This document shows, in pieces, positions 53,343-62,477 of a stretch of DNA of 64,000 nucleotides. Source of the DNA: Anaerolineales bacterium (GTDB lineage Bacteria > Chloroflexota > Anaerolineae > Anaerolineales > RBG-16-64-43); contig JBEKSY010000006.1 in the NCBI GenBank assembly GCA_049516595.1, positions 66,621 through 130,620 of the forward strand, in the 5' to 3' direction. How positions within the stretch are numbered: position 1 is the stretch's first letter; every line of letters starts with the position of its first letter. The translations under genes and the position numbers were made by a program. The notes beneath the pieces are model-generated. The model was given only the letters and a program-made list of their open reading frames with translations, was not told where the DNA came from and did no database searches.

Positions 53343-55944
53343 GATTTCTCGGAATGGGGAATGCCCCGCCGGCCACTCCCCTTTGGGCCTTGGCCCACCT
53401 TGGGCAGCGGAGAACATTTCCTCGCGCCTGTCCATGGGGATGCCTAGTCCCAGAATGGCCTTGGCACGGACTCTGGGGCTCGCCTCATGGCCGGCAGCAC
53501 AAGATCACCAACGGAATCCATGGGCTCTGAAATCGGATATTCGTTTGAGGATTTCCCGCCTGCAGGATTCCATCCGCGGATTGTTTTCTCCATTTCTGTC
53601 GCTCGGGCATAGACCGCCGCCGCGGCTTTGCTAGCGAGAGGGAAGGGTTCCGCGGACGAGCTGGCCGAGGCGGTCGATGAACCCCCTCGGTCCCGGCAGG
53701 GGCAGGGGGCAGGATGGTCCTGACTCCCTGCAAGCGAATCCGCTCCACCCGTGTGGATGAGGTGAGAAGGAGGGGAAGTGGCGCCCAACGACGGCCTTCG
53801 GTTCTTCATCCATCCTTGCGACACTTCTTCGATGCCCCTCCTGCCCAGTAGCAAGCGAACGGGTCCTGGGATTCCCCAATCCGTCTGAGTTCCGATCTGG
53901 GGCAAGAGACTGCCACGGTGGCCATGATTCTCTGCTTGACCGGCCCTCCTCGAATCATCTCGATCAGGTAATCACGGGCTTAGGGGATAGAGGTGCGAAA
54001 CTCGGCAGGGCTTGTGAACCTTGACGGTTCCCGTCCCGCACTTGTTGGGGTGTCCCCGCAAGGTCGAGCTCGAGCCTAATTGTCCTTCCTCGCACCGGTT
54101 GCGCGTAGCCACCCCGCATTTCTCCTCTCTTTCCTCTCGAGTTCATGTTCCCTGGTCGAGCTGTGCAAGACTGTGCAGGCGGCATGGCGCCGGGCCGGCC
54201 GCTTTCGGTGGGGTTCGGAATGGCTGAGGGTTGGTGTTATGCAGAAAGAGAAATGTTGGGCCTGCTCCTGGCGGGCGGAACAGGGCGCTTATTGGGTTGC
54301 GAGGGGGTCTGCCCGCATGGGTAGGATGAGGCCGGACGTGGAAGATGGTTGCATTCGGGTTGCGCGGGCGGGGCGCACGACTTGCCGGCGTGGGCGGTGT
54401 CATTTGGGCCTTCTATTGGCGAGACAGCGGACGCGAGGGTTTCCCGGAGTGTGTGGGAAAGTTCCTGGAGCGGGCAAGGAGATCGAAGGATTCGGGCAGG
54501 AGCTTGAAAGCTGTGGGGCGCTCCTTCCCGGGACCGGTCTGGGGCAAGCGGGGGGCTCCTGGTTGGAGAGGGGAGAACGATAGCAGGGGGGGAGCCCGAG
54601 GGTTTTGCGGGTGCGTGGCGGGGCGGCCTCTCACGGTGCGTTGTGGCATAATGCAACTTTAGATACATTGTGTTGCATTATATCTCCCTGAGATTCGGGG
54701 ATTGGAACAGGTTGGGCCGCCCTCCGCTCGAATGGGTTCGCGGGCTTCTGGGGAGGGCCATTGCGTTTCGTTGGTCGCAGGTCAGGGAGGCGGGTGGAAG
54801 GTGAGACTTGTCAGCCGCGATGTGTTCTTAGGAGATGCCCCCTGCCCTCGAGGCACGCGTAGAATTCAGTGGGGTCCTCGTATTCTGCGGGGAGTGGTCA
54901 AGGACGGGGAAGATTGAAGTGGACCAGGGATGTGGAGACGTGAGTCGCTAAAAAGGCTCTGCCCACCCTTCACGTCTTCCTGTTGGAGGCGGAAGCCGTG
55001 CGTACGGCGCCTCTGGGCGCTATGGCGGCTTTTCTATGACTCTGTTTAGGTTGACTCTCTCCTTGACCGCGGTCTTCTTCGGCCAAGACAATGCAGGGCC
55101 GGCCCAATACTACGTGGAGGGAGCTGTAGACCTGCTCCGGGCGCTGTTGGGCGAACACAATCTGGATGGCGAATATGAGCACCCTGGCCTTCTGCGAGTC
55201 GCTACCCCTACGCTCTATGGTCTAGAGTGGTGAGGCCGCTTCGGCTTGCCTGCAACTTGGCGAGGCGATGGGGCCGCTTGGCATGGAGGCTGACAGCCAC
55301 TAGCCCTCGGTCGAGGCCTCTGCTCAATCCGCCGAGTTTGGTCCTTCTCGCACCAGGATCCTCTCCGATCGGACATCTCTTGGGGCCGGCTTGCAGGGCT
55401 CTGCATGCGAACGGAACAACCAATCTGTGGGGAATAGAACAAATGTTCTGATGTGGGCTAGAGATTTGTTCCCTGCCTGGAGTGGGCATCGAGCTCTTCG
55501 GGTCGCCGGGAGAATCCACCCAGGCAGGCGGTGAGGAGTCCAGAGGCTGTTTGCCCTCCGATTATGGAGGGACGGCTTCTTTCGGCCCCGCCAGCTCTCT
55601 GTCGATGGAGTCGCCAGGGTGACTTTCACCGACGGGATCAGGTCTGGGTGCTGAGTGGGGGTCCCTTGAGCCCATCTGCCAACTGCTTGGCGAAGTCTGT
55701 TGACCAATTCGTGTTGTAAGAACTGCCCTCAGGGGATGCGGCTAAGCTCTTGGCCCTGGCTACTGCGGGATGGTTCCGCTAGCGATGAGCCCATCCCAGC
55801 GGGGAGACAAGCTCGGAGCCTATGTTTATTGCTTCGGCCCGTCGTAGGACCACCGCAAGGGAGCGGAATGGCCTGCGCCCTCGCCCTACCTCGTAGGCGG
55901 TAGTAAAATGGCCTCCGCGAAGCTCCATTGTGTCGGCATTGCTT

Positions 55945-56110
55945 CTCGACTTGACGTGGCGAAGCCGGTGAAAGTCCGGCGCTGTCGCGCAACTGTGAGT
56001 CGGGACCTCATCCCCCTGCTCCATAGAGCCAGTTGGGCTGAGTTGCCCGATGAGCCAGGTCGCCCACCCCGGTCGAGCGCCATCCGCCTTCGCACGAAAG
56101 GTGATGCGCC
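55945..56110 (+). promoter_or_regulatory. Cobalamin (B12) riboswitch
   Basis: GGCGAAGCCGGTGAAAGTCCGGCGCTGTCGCGCAACTGTGAG (core, 55958-55999) and a B12-box-like GAGCCAGGTCGCCCAC (56052-56067), upstream of a btuC-like permease. The boundaries are approximate. Confidence 0.85.
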
Positions 56111-56176
56111 ATTCGCCCCCCGGATCTGGCAGCCCAACCTGATACTCGTCAGTCTCGGCCGCGCGTCGAGTCGCTC

Positions 56177-57259
56177 GTGGCTGGCGGGCATGCTGCCCGC
56201 ATCTACCTCCTGACCGCCGTGGCCCTCGCAGCTGCGCTGGTGATCAGCGTGGCTGTCGGGGCCGTGACGATCCCAATCCGCGAAGTCCTGGCCCTTCTCC
56301 TTCCGGGTCCGTTCCGGGGTGTCCTGACTCCAAATCTGGTCATTCCTGCCAGCATTCGCACCATTGTTCTGGAAATCCGCTTGCCTCGGACGGTGCTGGT
56401 GGCGCTGGTTGGGGCAGGGCTCGCTGGAAGTGGAGCTGCCTATCAGGGTCTCTTCCGCAACCCACTGGCGGACCCCTATCTCCTTGGCGTTGCCTCCGGC
56501 GCAGGGCTGGGGGCCGTCCTGGCCATGAGCTGGGAGGGTCCCGGAGGCGAACCCGTGTTTGCCAGACTCGGGGCGTCTGTCGGCCTGTATTTTGTTCCTG
56601 CGGTCGCCTTCGCAGGAGCGCTGGTCACTGTTTTCCTTGTGTACCGCATCGCCCGGACCCGTCAGGACCGAAGTGGGGTCCCCGACTCGCACCTCTCCTA
56701 CCTCATCCTGGCCGGCGTGGCCATAGGCGCCTTTGCCAGCGCGGCGACCTCCTTTCTCATCCTTCGCTTCCAAGGGGACCTGCAGAGGGCCATCGTGTGG
56801 ATGCTTGGCGGCTACGCGCTCGGTGGCTGGGAACCCGTTTGGGCATCGCTCCCATACATCGTTGTCGGCTTGATCGCCCTCAGCCTTCTAGGCCGGGCGC
56901 TCAATGTTCTCCAGTTTGGAGAAGAGCAAGCCCTGCAGTTGGGGCTGGATGTCCGTCGCGCCCGGCTGGCAATCATCGTCATTGCCTCTCTGACCACAGC
57001 CGCCGCAGTATCGTTTTCGGGGATCATTGGGTTCGTCGGGCTCGCGGTTCCGCACCTGGTGCGACTCCTGATCGGTTCGGACTATCGGCGCCTGGTGCCG
57101 ATGTCAATTCTCTCAGGAGCCATCCTCCTGCTTCTGGCCGATGTCCTCGCTCGGACTCTTGAGGCGCCCCAGGAGATCCCCGTGGGAGTCGTGACCGCCT
57201 TGCTTGGGGTGCCCTTCTTTCTGTATCTCTTGCGCACCTCGACTCGTCTGTCGGTCTAG
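56177..57259 (+). CDS. FecCD-family ABC permease (BtuC-like)
   Basis: About 9-10 TM segments, with LEIRLPRTVLVALVGAGLAGSGAAYQGLFRNPLADPYLLGV and GIIGFVGLAVPHLVRLL typical of FecCD/BtuC. Confidence 0.9.
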   Translation: MAGGHAARIYLLTAVALAAALVISVAVGAVTIPIREVLALLLPGPFRGVLTPNLVIPASIRTIVLEIRLPRTVLVALVGAGLAGSGAAYQGLFRNPLADPYLLGVASGAGLGAVLAMSWEGPGGEPVFARLGASVGLYFVPAVAFAGALVTVFLVYRIARTRQDRSGVPDSHLSYLILAGVAIGAFASAATSFLILRFQGDLQRAIVWMLGGYALGGWEPVWASLPYIVVGLIALSLLGRALNVLQFGEEQALQLGLDVRRARLAIIVIASLTTAAAVSFSGIIGFVGLAVPHLVRLLIGSDYRRLVPMSILSGAILLLLADVLARTLEAPQEIPVGVVTALLGVPFFLYLLRTSTRLSV

Positions 57260-57263
57260 GACG

Positions 57264-58193
57264 ATGAGCGATCTGGTCCTCGACAAGGTTACCGTTGAGT
57301 ACTCCGGTCCCGAGGGGCGCAGGCTGGCTCTGGAGGGGGTAAGCCTAACCCTATCCCAGGGAGAGGTCCTGGCGCTTCTGGGGCCGAACGGCTCGGGGAA
57401 GACGACCCTGATTCGGGCTGCCAGCGGGGTCCTCCCTCTGCGCGAGGGATGCGTTCGGATCGCGGGTGCCCAAAAGGCACTGCATGATTTGCCGCCAGCG
57501 GAGAGAGCACGCTGGGTGGCTGTGGTTCCCCAAGCCGCCCATCTGCCAGGCGGGTTCTCGGTTCTCGAGGCCGTGTTGCTTGGCAGAACCCCTTATTTGG
57601 GATGGACCGGCCGCGAGACGGAAAAGGACTTGGAGCAGGTGCGTTGGGCGATGGAGCGAACGAACCTGCTCGAGCTCGCTGGCCGATCGCTGGGCACACT
57701 ATCGGGAGGGGAGCAGCAGCGAGTGCTCATCGCCCGCGCCCTGGCACAGGGCTCGCCCATTCTGCTGTTTGACGAACCCACAGCTCACCTGGATTTGCGG
57801 AACCAAATCGAGATCCTGTTGCTGATCGCAGAAATGGCCCGCGAAGAGGGTAAATCCGTGCTGATTGCGCTGCACGATCTCAACCAGGCGGCGCGCATTG
57901 CGGATCGGGTGGCACTGCTTTCCCACGGACGCATGGTTTCCCTCGGTAGCCCTCGCGAGGTCCTCACTGCCGAAGTTCTCACGCGGCTGTACGAGATCCC
58001 CGTGCTCGTAATCCCGCACCCGGTCCGGGGCTCGCCGCTCATCGTTCCGGATGGGGCGGATAGCGACTCAAGGATGTCCGGCGATGCGGACCGGGAAGGG
58101 ACCGGAGCCCGAAGGGAGGACCCAGATGCCCAGGCTGACCAAACTTTACACCCGCAAGGGAGATCAGGGCACCACGCACCTGACCTCGGGTGA
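57264..58193 (+). CDS. ABC transporter ATP-binding protein (BtuD/FepC-like)
   Basis: Walker A GPNGSGKTT, signature LSGGEQQRV, Walker B ILLFDEPTAHLD. The C-terminal ~55 aa look non-globular and overlap the next gene by 68 nt. Confidence 0.88.
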   Translation: MSDLVLDKVTVEYSGPEGRRLALEGVSLTLSQGEVLALLGPNGSGKTTLIRAASGVLPLREGCVRIAGAQKALHDLPPAERARWVAVVPQAAHLPGGFSVLEAVLLGRTPYLGWTGRETEKDLEQVRWAMERTNLLELAGRSLGTLSGGEQQRVLIARALAQGSPILLFDEPTAHLDLRNQIEILLLIAEMAREEGKSVLIALHDLNQAARIADRVALLSHGRMVSLGSPREVLTAEVLTRLYEIPVLVIPHPVRGSPLIVPDGADSDSRMSGDADREGTGARREDPDAQADQTLHPQGRSGHHAPDLG

Positions 58194-58683
58194 GCAGGTA
58201 TCCAAGGATGAGTTGCGGGTGAGGGCCTACGGATCGGTCGACGAGCTCAATAGTGCCCTCGGGCTGACCCGGGCATCCAGTCCTGATTCAAAGGTGGATG
58301 AGCTGCTTGGACGCGTCCAGAACGAGCTGTTTCATCTCGGTGCGGAGCTTTCCGCTTCGGGGGGGACGAAGAAGGAAGGCCCGAGAATCGAGGCCCGGCA
58401 CGTCCGGATTTTGGAGACGGATATCGACGAGTTGATGGGCGCGGTCGGGCCGCTTGAGAATTTCGTCCTGCCCGCGGGTACCCCCGCCGCGGCGGCATTG
58501 CATCTGGCGCGCTCGATCTGCCGGAGAGCTGAGCGGGAGCTCGTCGCGCTTTCCCGGGAGGAGCAAGTCAGCCCGGCCGCCCTATCCTATCTCAACCGGC
58601 TTTCTGACACGCTCTTCGCCATGGCCTTATACGAGAACAAGCAGCGAGGGAAGTCGGAGGTGTACTGGAACAGCCGGGCCTAA
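58126..58683 (+). CDS. Cob(I)yrinic acid a,c-diamide adenosyltransferase, PduO type
   Basis: MPRLTKLYTRKGDQGTTHL...GSVDELNSALG...IQNELF-like HLGAEL...LENFVLPGG-like (FVLPAGTPAAAALHLARSICRRAER). Confidence 0.88.
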   Translation: MPRLTKLYTRKGDQGTTHLTSGEQVSKDELRVRAYGSVDELNSALGLTRASSPDSKVDELLGRVQNELFHLGAELSASGGTKKEGPRIEARHVRILETDIDELMGAVGPLENFVLPAGTPAAAALHLARSICRRAERELVALSREEQVSPAALSYLNRLSDTLFAMALYENKQRGKSEVYWNSRA

Positions 58684-58686
58684 CCG

Positions 58687-60282
58687 CTACTCAAAGGGCC
58701 CCAAGGGCCCCGCCGGCTTGGCTCGGCCGGGTCGCGTTTCGATAACGTCAAGAAAGGCTTCGACAACCTTGGGATCAAACTGGGTGCCTTTGCACCGTTC
58801 GATCTCTACAACCGCCTCCTGGTGCGATCGGGAGGACTTGTAGGGCCGTTCGTCCCGGATGGCGCCGTAGGAATCCACCACGGCCAGGATTCTCGAACCA
58901 AGGGGGATCCCCTCCCCCTGAAGCGCATCGGGGTACCCTTTGCCGTCGAATCGCTCCTGGTGATGGCGGATGAACTCAGCCGTGCGCCGGAGTCGGTGAA
59001 CCGCACTGACGATGCGCTCCCCTACCTCAGGATGCAGCCGGATCACGGACCATTCCTCCTCTGACAGCGGTCCGGGTTTGAGCAGAATCGGATCGGGGAC
59101 GGCGATTTTCCCGATGTCGTGAAGCAACGCCCCCCAGCGCACGTCGTCGACTTCATCCGAGGGACACCCAAGCCGCCGAGCGGTTTCCTCCGCCCATGGG
59201 GCAAGCCGCTTGCTGTGGTCCCCGGTATAGCCATCGCGGGCCTGAGCTGCGCCGGCCAAGGCTAGGACGGCCCCTGCGCGAACCTCTTCCAGCTGGGTCT
59301 CCAGGCTTAAGTGATGGAGTGCACTGGCCGCCAGGTCTGCAATCCCCTGGAGTACAGGGGTGCTGCCCATCGAGTGGTCCTCGTCTTTTCTTGAGACGGC
59401 GATAAGCGCGCCCAGCAGCCGTTCCCCAATCCTGAGCGGAGCCAGGAGAAGCCGTATGCCTGTGGGCGCCCCAATCGCCTTGTCTAAGGCGAGTGCGGCG
59501 ATAAGGGGACCGCGCTGGACCGGGTCGCAATCGAGTCGCTTAGCCTCCCATGCGCGCGAAAGAGTTCCCAGGGAGGGGTAACGGGCCCCAACTTGATCTT
59601 TGAAGGCACCGCTTGCCGGCACGATGTGGAAGGAGGATCGCTCGGATCGGCCGACGGCAACCATGGCACCCGCCCAGAAGGGAAGGGCAAGTCTGATTGG
59701 ATCAAGTGTCAACTCGCATATCTGGGCGGCCGGCTCTTTGGCGCGAGAGGAAAGCGTGAGGTCCCCCGGCAAACGGCGTTGCGAAATGAGCAATAGGGAC
59801 GAAGTCTGGCTCGGCGGATCGCCGAAGGCAAAGGAGTCGCGCGTGAGGACAGCCTGGATATGCTTCACCCGGTTTGGGTTGGGTGGGATGGAGTCATCAA
59901 AGTAGCAAACAACGATGCCAAAAAGACGGTTCTTATTGTGGATTGGCCAGAGGGTTGCGAAACGCCAGCCCCCTGCCCTGGCCTGATCCTTCGGCACTCG
60001 AAGACACGAATTGATGGATTCCCTGCTGAGAGTCCGGGGTCGGCCGGAAAGCATGTCTTCTGTGTAGCGCAGGTGCTCGATGAAGCTGCGCTCCCTCTCC
60101 AGCCCGCTGTGGGCGAATCCCTGAGACCAGACACACGTCAAAGGCGCTTGCTGGCGGAGAATCCAAAGCGCTGCCCGGTCGGCACTCGAGAGTCGGGCGG
60201 CCAGCTTGCCCCGGTTCAATGCCCCGTTGGTGGGGCCTGTGGCGACGACAGTACGTCTGGCAGTGTGGGCGTTGCCTGTCAA
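58687..60282 (-). CDS. GAF-domain / HD-GYP phosphodiesterase-domain protein
   Basis: HDIGKIAVPDPIL, HPEVGERI, HHERFDGKGYPD (HD...HHExxDGxGYP), with N-terminal GAF-like regions. TTG start at 60282 after GGGAGGGAG. Confidence 0.88.
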   Translation of the reverse strand: MTGNAHTARRTVVATGPTNGALNRGKLAARLSSADRAALWILRQQAPLTCVWSQGFAHSGLERERSFIEHLRYTEDMLSGRPRTLSRESINSCLRVPKDQARAGGWRFATLWPIHNKNRLFGIVVCYFDDSIPPNPNRVKHIQAVLTRDSFAFGDPPSQTSSLLLISQRRLPGDLTLSSRAKEPAAQICELTLDPIRLALPFWAGAMVAVGRSERSSFHIVPASGAFKDQVGARYPSLGTLSRAWEAKRLDCDPVQRGPLIAALALDKAIGAPTGIRLLLAPLRIGERLLGALIAVSRKDEDHSMGSTPVLQGIADLAASALHHLSLETQLEEVRAGAVLALAGAAQARDGYTGDHSKRLAPWAEETARRLGCPSDEVDDVRWGALLHDIGKIAVPDPILLKPGPLSEEEWSVIRLHPEVGERIVSAVHRLRRTAEFIRHHQERFDGKGYPDALQGEGIPLGSRILAVVDSYGAIRDERPYKSSRSHQEAVVEIERCKGTQFDPKVVEAFLDVIETRPGRAKPAGPLGPFE

Positions 60283-60309
60283 GGTAGGTTCTCCCTCCCG
60301 CGGTTGGGT

Positions 60310-60325
60310 TGCAAAGTCCTTGCCT
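60310..60325 (-). promoter_or_regulatory. Possible sigma-54 promoter (imperfect)
   Basis: The minus strand reads AGGCAAGGACTTTGCA (GG-N10-GC spacing is correct; two mismatches in the -24 box), 28 nt upstream of the HD-GYP start. The downstream CCCAACC resembles the sequence after the 37296-37311 promoter. Confidence 0.3.
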
Positions 60326-60643
60326 GGCTGCAGGCGCGCGCCGTGGCTTCACGGAGTTGGGTTGGCAAGGTTCAGCACTTGAGCCGGCCACGTCTTGCCT
60401 GTGCGCTGTTCCGCGGCGGGATTGCTCCCCCAGAGATGAGGTTTGGTTGCGTCATGCGCGTAGCCTGAATATGCGCTTTATGGGTTGGGTGGGTGTTTGT
60501 GATGGGGTTGGTGTAGTGGCTATGCGCATGTGGGCTGAAGGCGCATGCAATTACGTCCGAGCCCGCTGTGGAGCCTAATCCGTGCTAGATTGAGTGCGTT
60601 TCAGGACGTCAACTCTAAGGCCCCAGCCCACAAAGGAGGAGTG

Positions 60644-61129
60644 ATGGTGCAGGTCGAAGCCGTTGCGATTTCGAAACCGGAGGAGGTGAATGTAATCATT
60701 GGCCAGGCGCACTTCATCAAGACAGTGGAGGACCTGCACGAGGCGGTTGTGACGTCTGTCCCAGGCGCAAGATTCGGGATCGCGTTCTGTGAGTCGTCCG
60801 GGCCGGCGCTGGTGCGCCTTTCCGGAACCTCCGCCGCCATGATCGACTTGGCGCGCACAAACGCCCTAAGCGTCGGAGCCGGCCACTCCTTCTTCCTCTT
60901 CCTGGAGAACGCTTACCCAGTCAACATCCTGAATGCGATTAAGGCTGTGCCCGAGGTCTGCCAAGTCTTCTGCGCAAGCGCCAACGCTGTGTCCGTGGTT
61001 GTCGGCGAGGCCGGTGGCGGCCGTGGAATTCTGGGCGTGATTGATGGGGCCAAGCCCCGGGGTGTAGAGACTGATGCGGATGCCGCCGACCGCAAATCCC
61101 TGCTTCGCCGAATAGGCTACAAGCTCTGA
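60644..61129 (+). CDS. Adenosine-specific kinase family protein (PF04008-like)
   Basis: VNVIIGQAHFIKTVEDLHEA...FGIAFCESSGP.LVR..G...NAYPVNILNAIK..PEV..VFCA.AN match my memory of this family. AAAGGAGGAGTG SD before ATG 60644. Confidence 0.7.
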   Translation: MVQVEAVAISKPEEVNVIIGQAHFIKTVEDLHEAVVTSVPGARFGIAFCESSGPALVRLSGTSAAMIDLARTNALSVGAGHSFFLFLENAYPVNILNAIKAVPEVCQVFCASANAVSVVVGEAGGGRGILGVIDGAKPRGVETDADAADRKSLLRRIGYKL

Positions 61130-61456
61130 CAAACCCCATTCCCTTCGACCGCCGCCCCTACCCTCGCGCAAGGACCTGGAGGTCCGTGCCCCTTGGGCCG
61201 CGTCACGACGAAGCCCTTCCTCTCCCACCCTCGCCCGATAATCAGGCCGACGCCCACCCCCCTCGGAGCTCCCCCCAACCACGAAAGCCCACCCCAAGGC
61301 ACCCCATGTACAGCCAGCGCTGCAGCCCTCGGCTCACGTCTACTCTCAAACCGATGGCCAACATAGACCTTGGCAAGAAGGCTTTCACCGTTCTTCCGCA
61401 CCCCTAGCCCATCGCGCACCTCTGAGAGAGGCTTGCTCTTATGCTATACTCGCACC

Positions 61457-62461
61457 ATGACCGCTGCTTTCCATATCGCTGTCGACGTGGGTGGCACCCA
61501 CATCCGCGCCGGCCTGTTTCCTGACTGCGAGCCAAGAATCCTCCGCCGCGCCAGGAGTGATACACCCCATTCATCACGCTCTGACGATATTCTCGAGGCC
61601 ATCCTTCGGACCATACGCCAAGTCATGCCTGCCGAGGAGGATTCGCTCACTGGCGTCGCCATCGGAGCGCCGGGCCCCCTCGATCCCTTTGAGGGGGTCG
61701 TTATTTCCGCCCCCAACATACCCAGCTGGCGCAACGTGCCGCTGCGGCAATGGCTGGCCGACCGCCTTCCCTGCCCGGTTCAGATCGGCAACGACGCCAA
61801 TCTAGCTGCGCTCGGCGAGTGGCAATTCGGCGCGGGCCGGGGTGCCTCCGACCTGATTTACCTCACGATCAGCACAGGAATTGGGGGCGGCGTCATCGCC
61901 GACGGCCGCCTCCTTCTTGGTCGCCGGGGCTTGGCCGCCGAACTCGGCCATGTCACAGTCCTTCCCGACGGGCCTCAATGCAACTGCGGCCAACGTGGAC
62001 ACCTAGAAGCCCTGGCCTCTGGGCCCGCCATCGCCCGCGAGGCGCGGCGGTCTCTGTCCGAACGTTCTCGCCCCTCCCTCCTCCGTGATCTTTCCGGCGC
62101 GGACCCTGGCCAAATCACGGCCCAGATGATCGCCGAGGCTGCACTCGCCGGAGACGACCTCGCGCAACAGGTCCTCGCCACTGCTGGCCGCTACATTGGT
62201 CAAGCCCTCGCCAGCATGCTGTGCGTGTTCAACCCAAGCACTATCATCCTCGGTGGAGGGGTATCCCAAGCCGGCCCCCTCCTTTTCGACCCTGTTCGGG
62301 AGACCACCATCTCATTTGCCATGTCTCCCTCCTATCTAGAGGATCTGCGCATCGTCCCGGCCGCATTGGGCGACGATGTTGGCCTTTTCGGCGCCTATGC
62401 TCTCTCTCTGGGGCTGGCAAACCAGCCCCTTCCTACCTCGTCACCAAGCAGTCCTCCCTGA
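61457..62461 (+). CDS. ROK-family sugar kinase (glucokinase-like)
   Basis: VDVGGTHIRAG, IGNDANLAALGE, GIGGGVIADGRLLLG, ELGHVTVLPDGPQCNCGQRGHLEALASG (ROK Zn motif). Confidence 0.88.
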   Translation: MTAAFHIAVDVGGTHIRAGLFPDCEPRILRRARSDTPHSSRSDDILEAILRTIRQVMPAEEDSLTGVAIGAPGPLDPFEGVVISAPNIPSWRNVPLRQWLADRLPCPVQIGNDANLAALGEWQFGAGRGASDLIYLTISTGIGGGVIADGRLLLGRRGLAAELGHVTVLPDGPQCNCGQRGHLEALASGPAIAREARRSLSERSRPSLLRDLSGADPGQITAQMIAEAALAGDDLAQQVLATAGRYIGQALASMLCVFNPSTIILGGGVSQAGPLLFDPVRETTISFAMSPSYLEDLRIVPAALGDDVGLFGAYALSLGLANQPLPTSSPSSPP

Positions 62462-62477
62462 CCTCCAGGAGTCCCTC

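Noticed and set aside
54672-54708. GTTGCATTATATCTCCCTGAGATTCGGGGATTGGAAC looks like a CRISPR repeat: 37 nt, starting GTTGCA and ending ATTGGAAC.
   Set aside because: I could find only one copy. No second repeat lies at a 60-80 nt period on either side, and there are no cas genes in the window. A solitary look-alike does not make an array. It could be a degenerate terminal repeat, but I cannot support that.
54690-54712. GGGGATTGGAACAGGTTGGGCC resembles the 5' end of tmRNA (GGGG...).
   Set aside because: There is no UUCGAC, no tag-peptide reading frame ending in a stop, and no tRNA-like 3' end (…TCCACCA) anywhere downstream.
54993-55034. The hairpin AAGCCGTGCGTACGG... is superficially similar to group II intron domain V (…AGCCGUAU…ACGUACGG…).
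   Set aside because: The pairing scheme does not reproduce the 34-nt domain V with its 2-nt bulge and GNRA loop. No reverse transcriptase or maturase ORF and no intron boundaries are present. It is better explained as a terminator hairpin.
60300-60640. Recurrent GGGTTGG / GTTGGGTTG strings in the HD-GYP/kinase intergenic region, considered as a possible repeat family or G-quadruplex.
   Set aside because: There are only three short, imperfect copies with irregular spacing. The G-runs are too short for a canonical quadruplex. One copy is already explained as part of the candidate -12 region.
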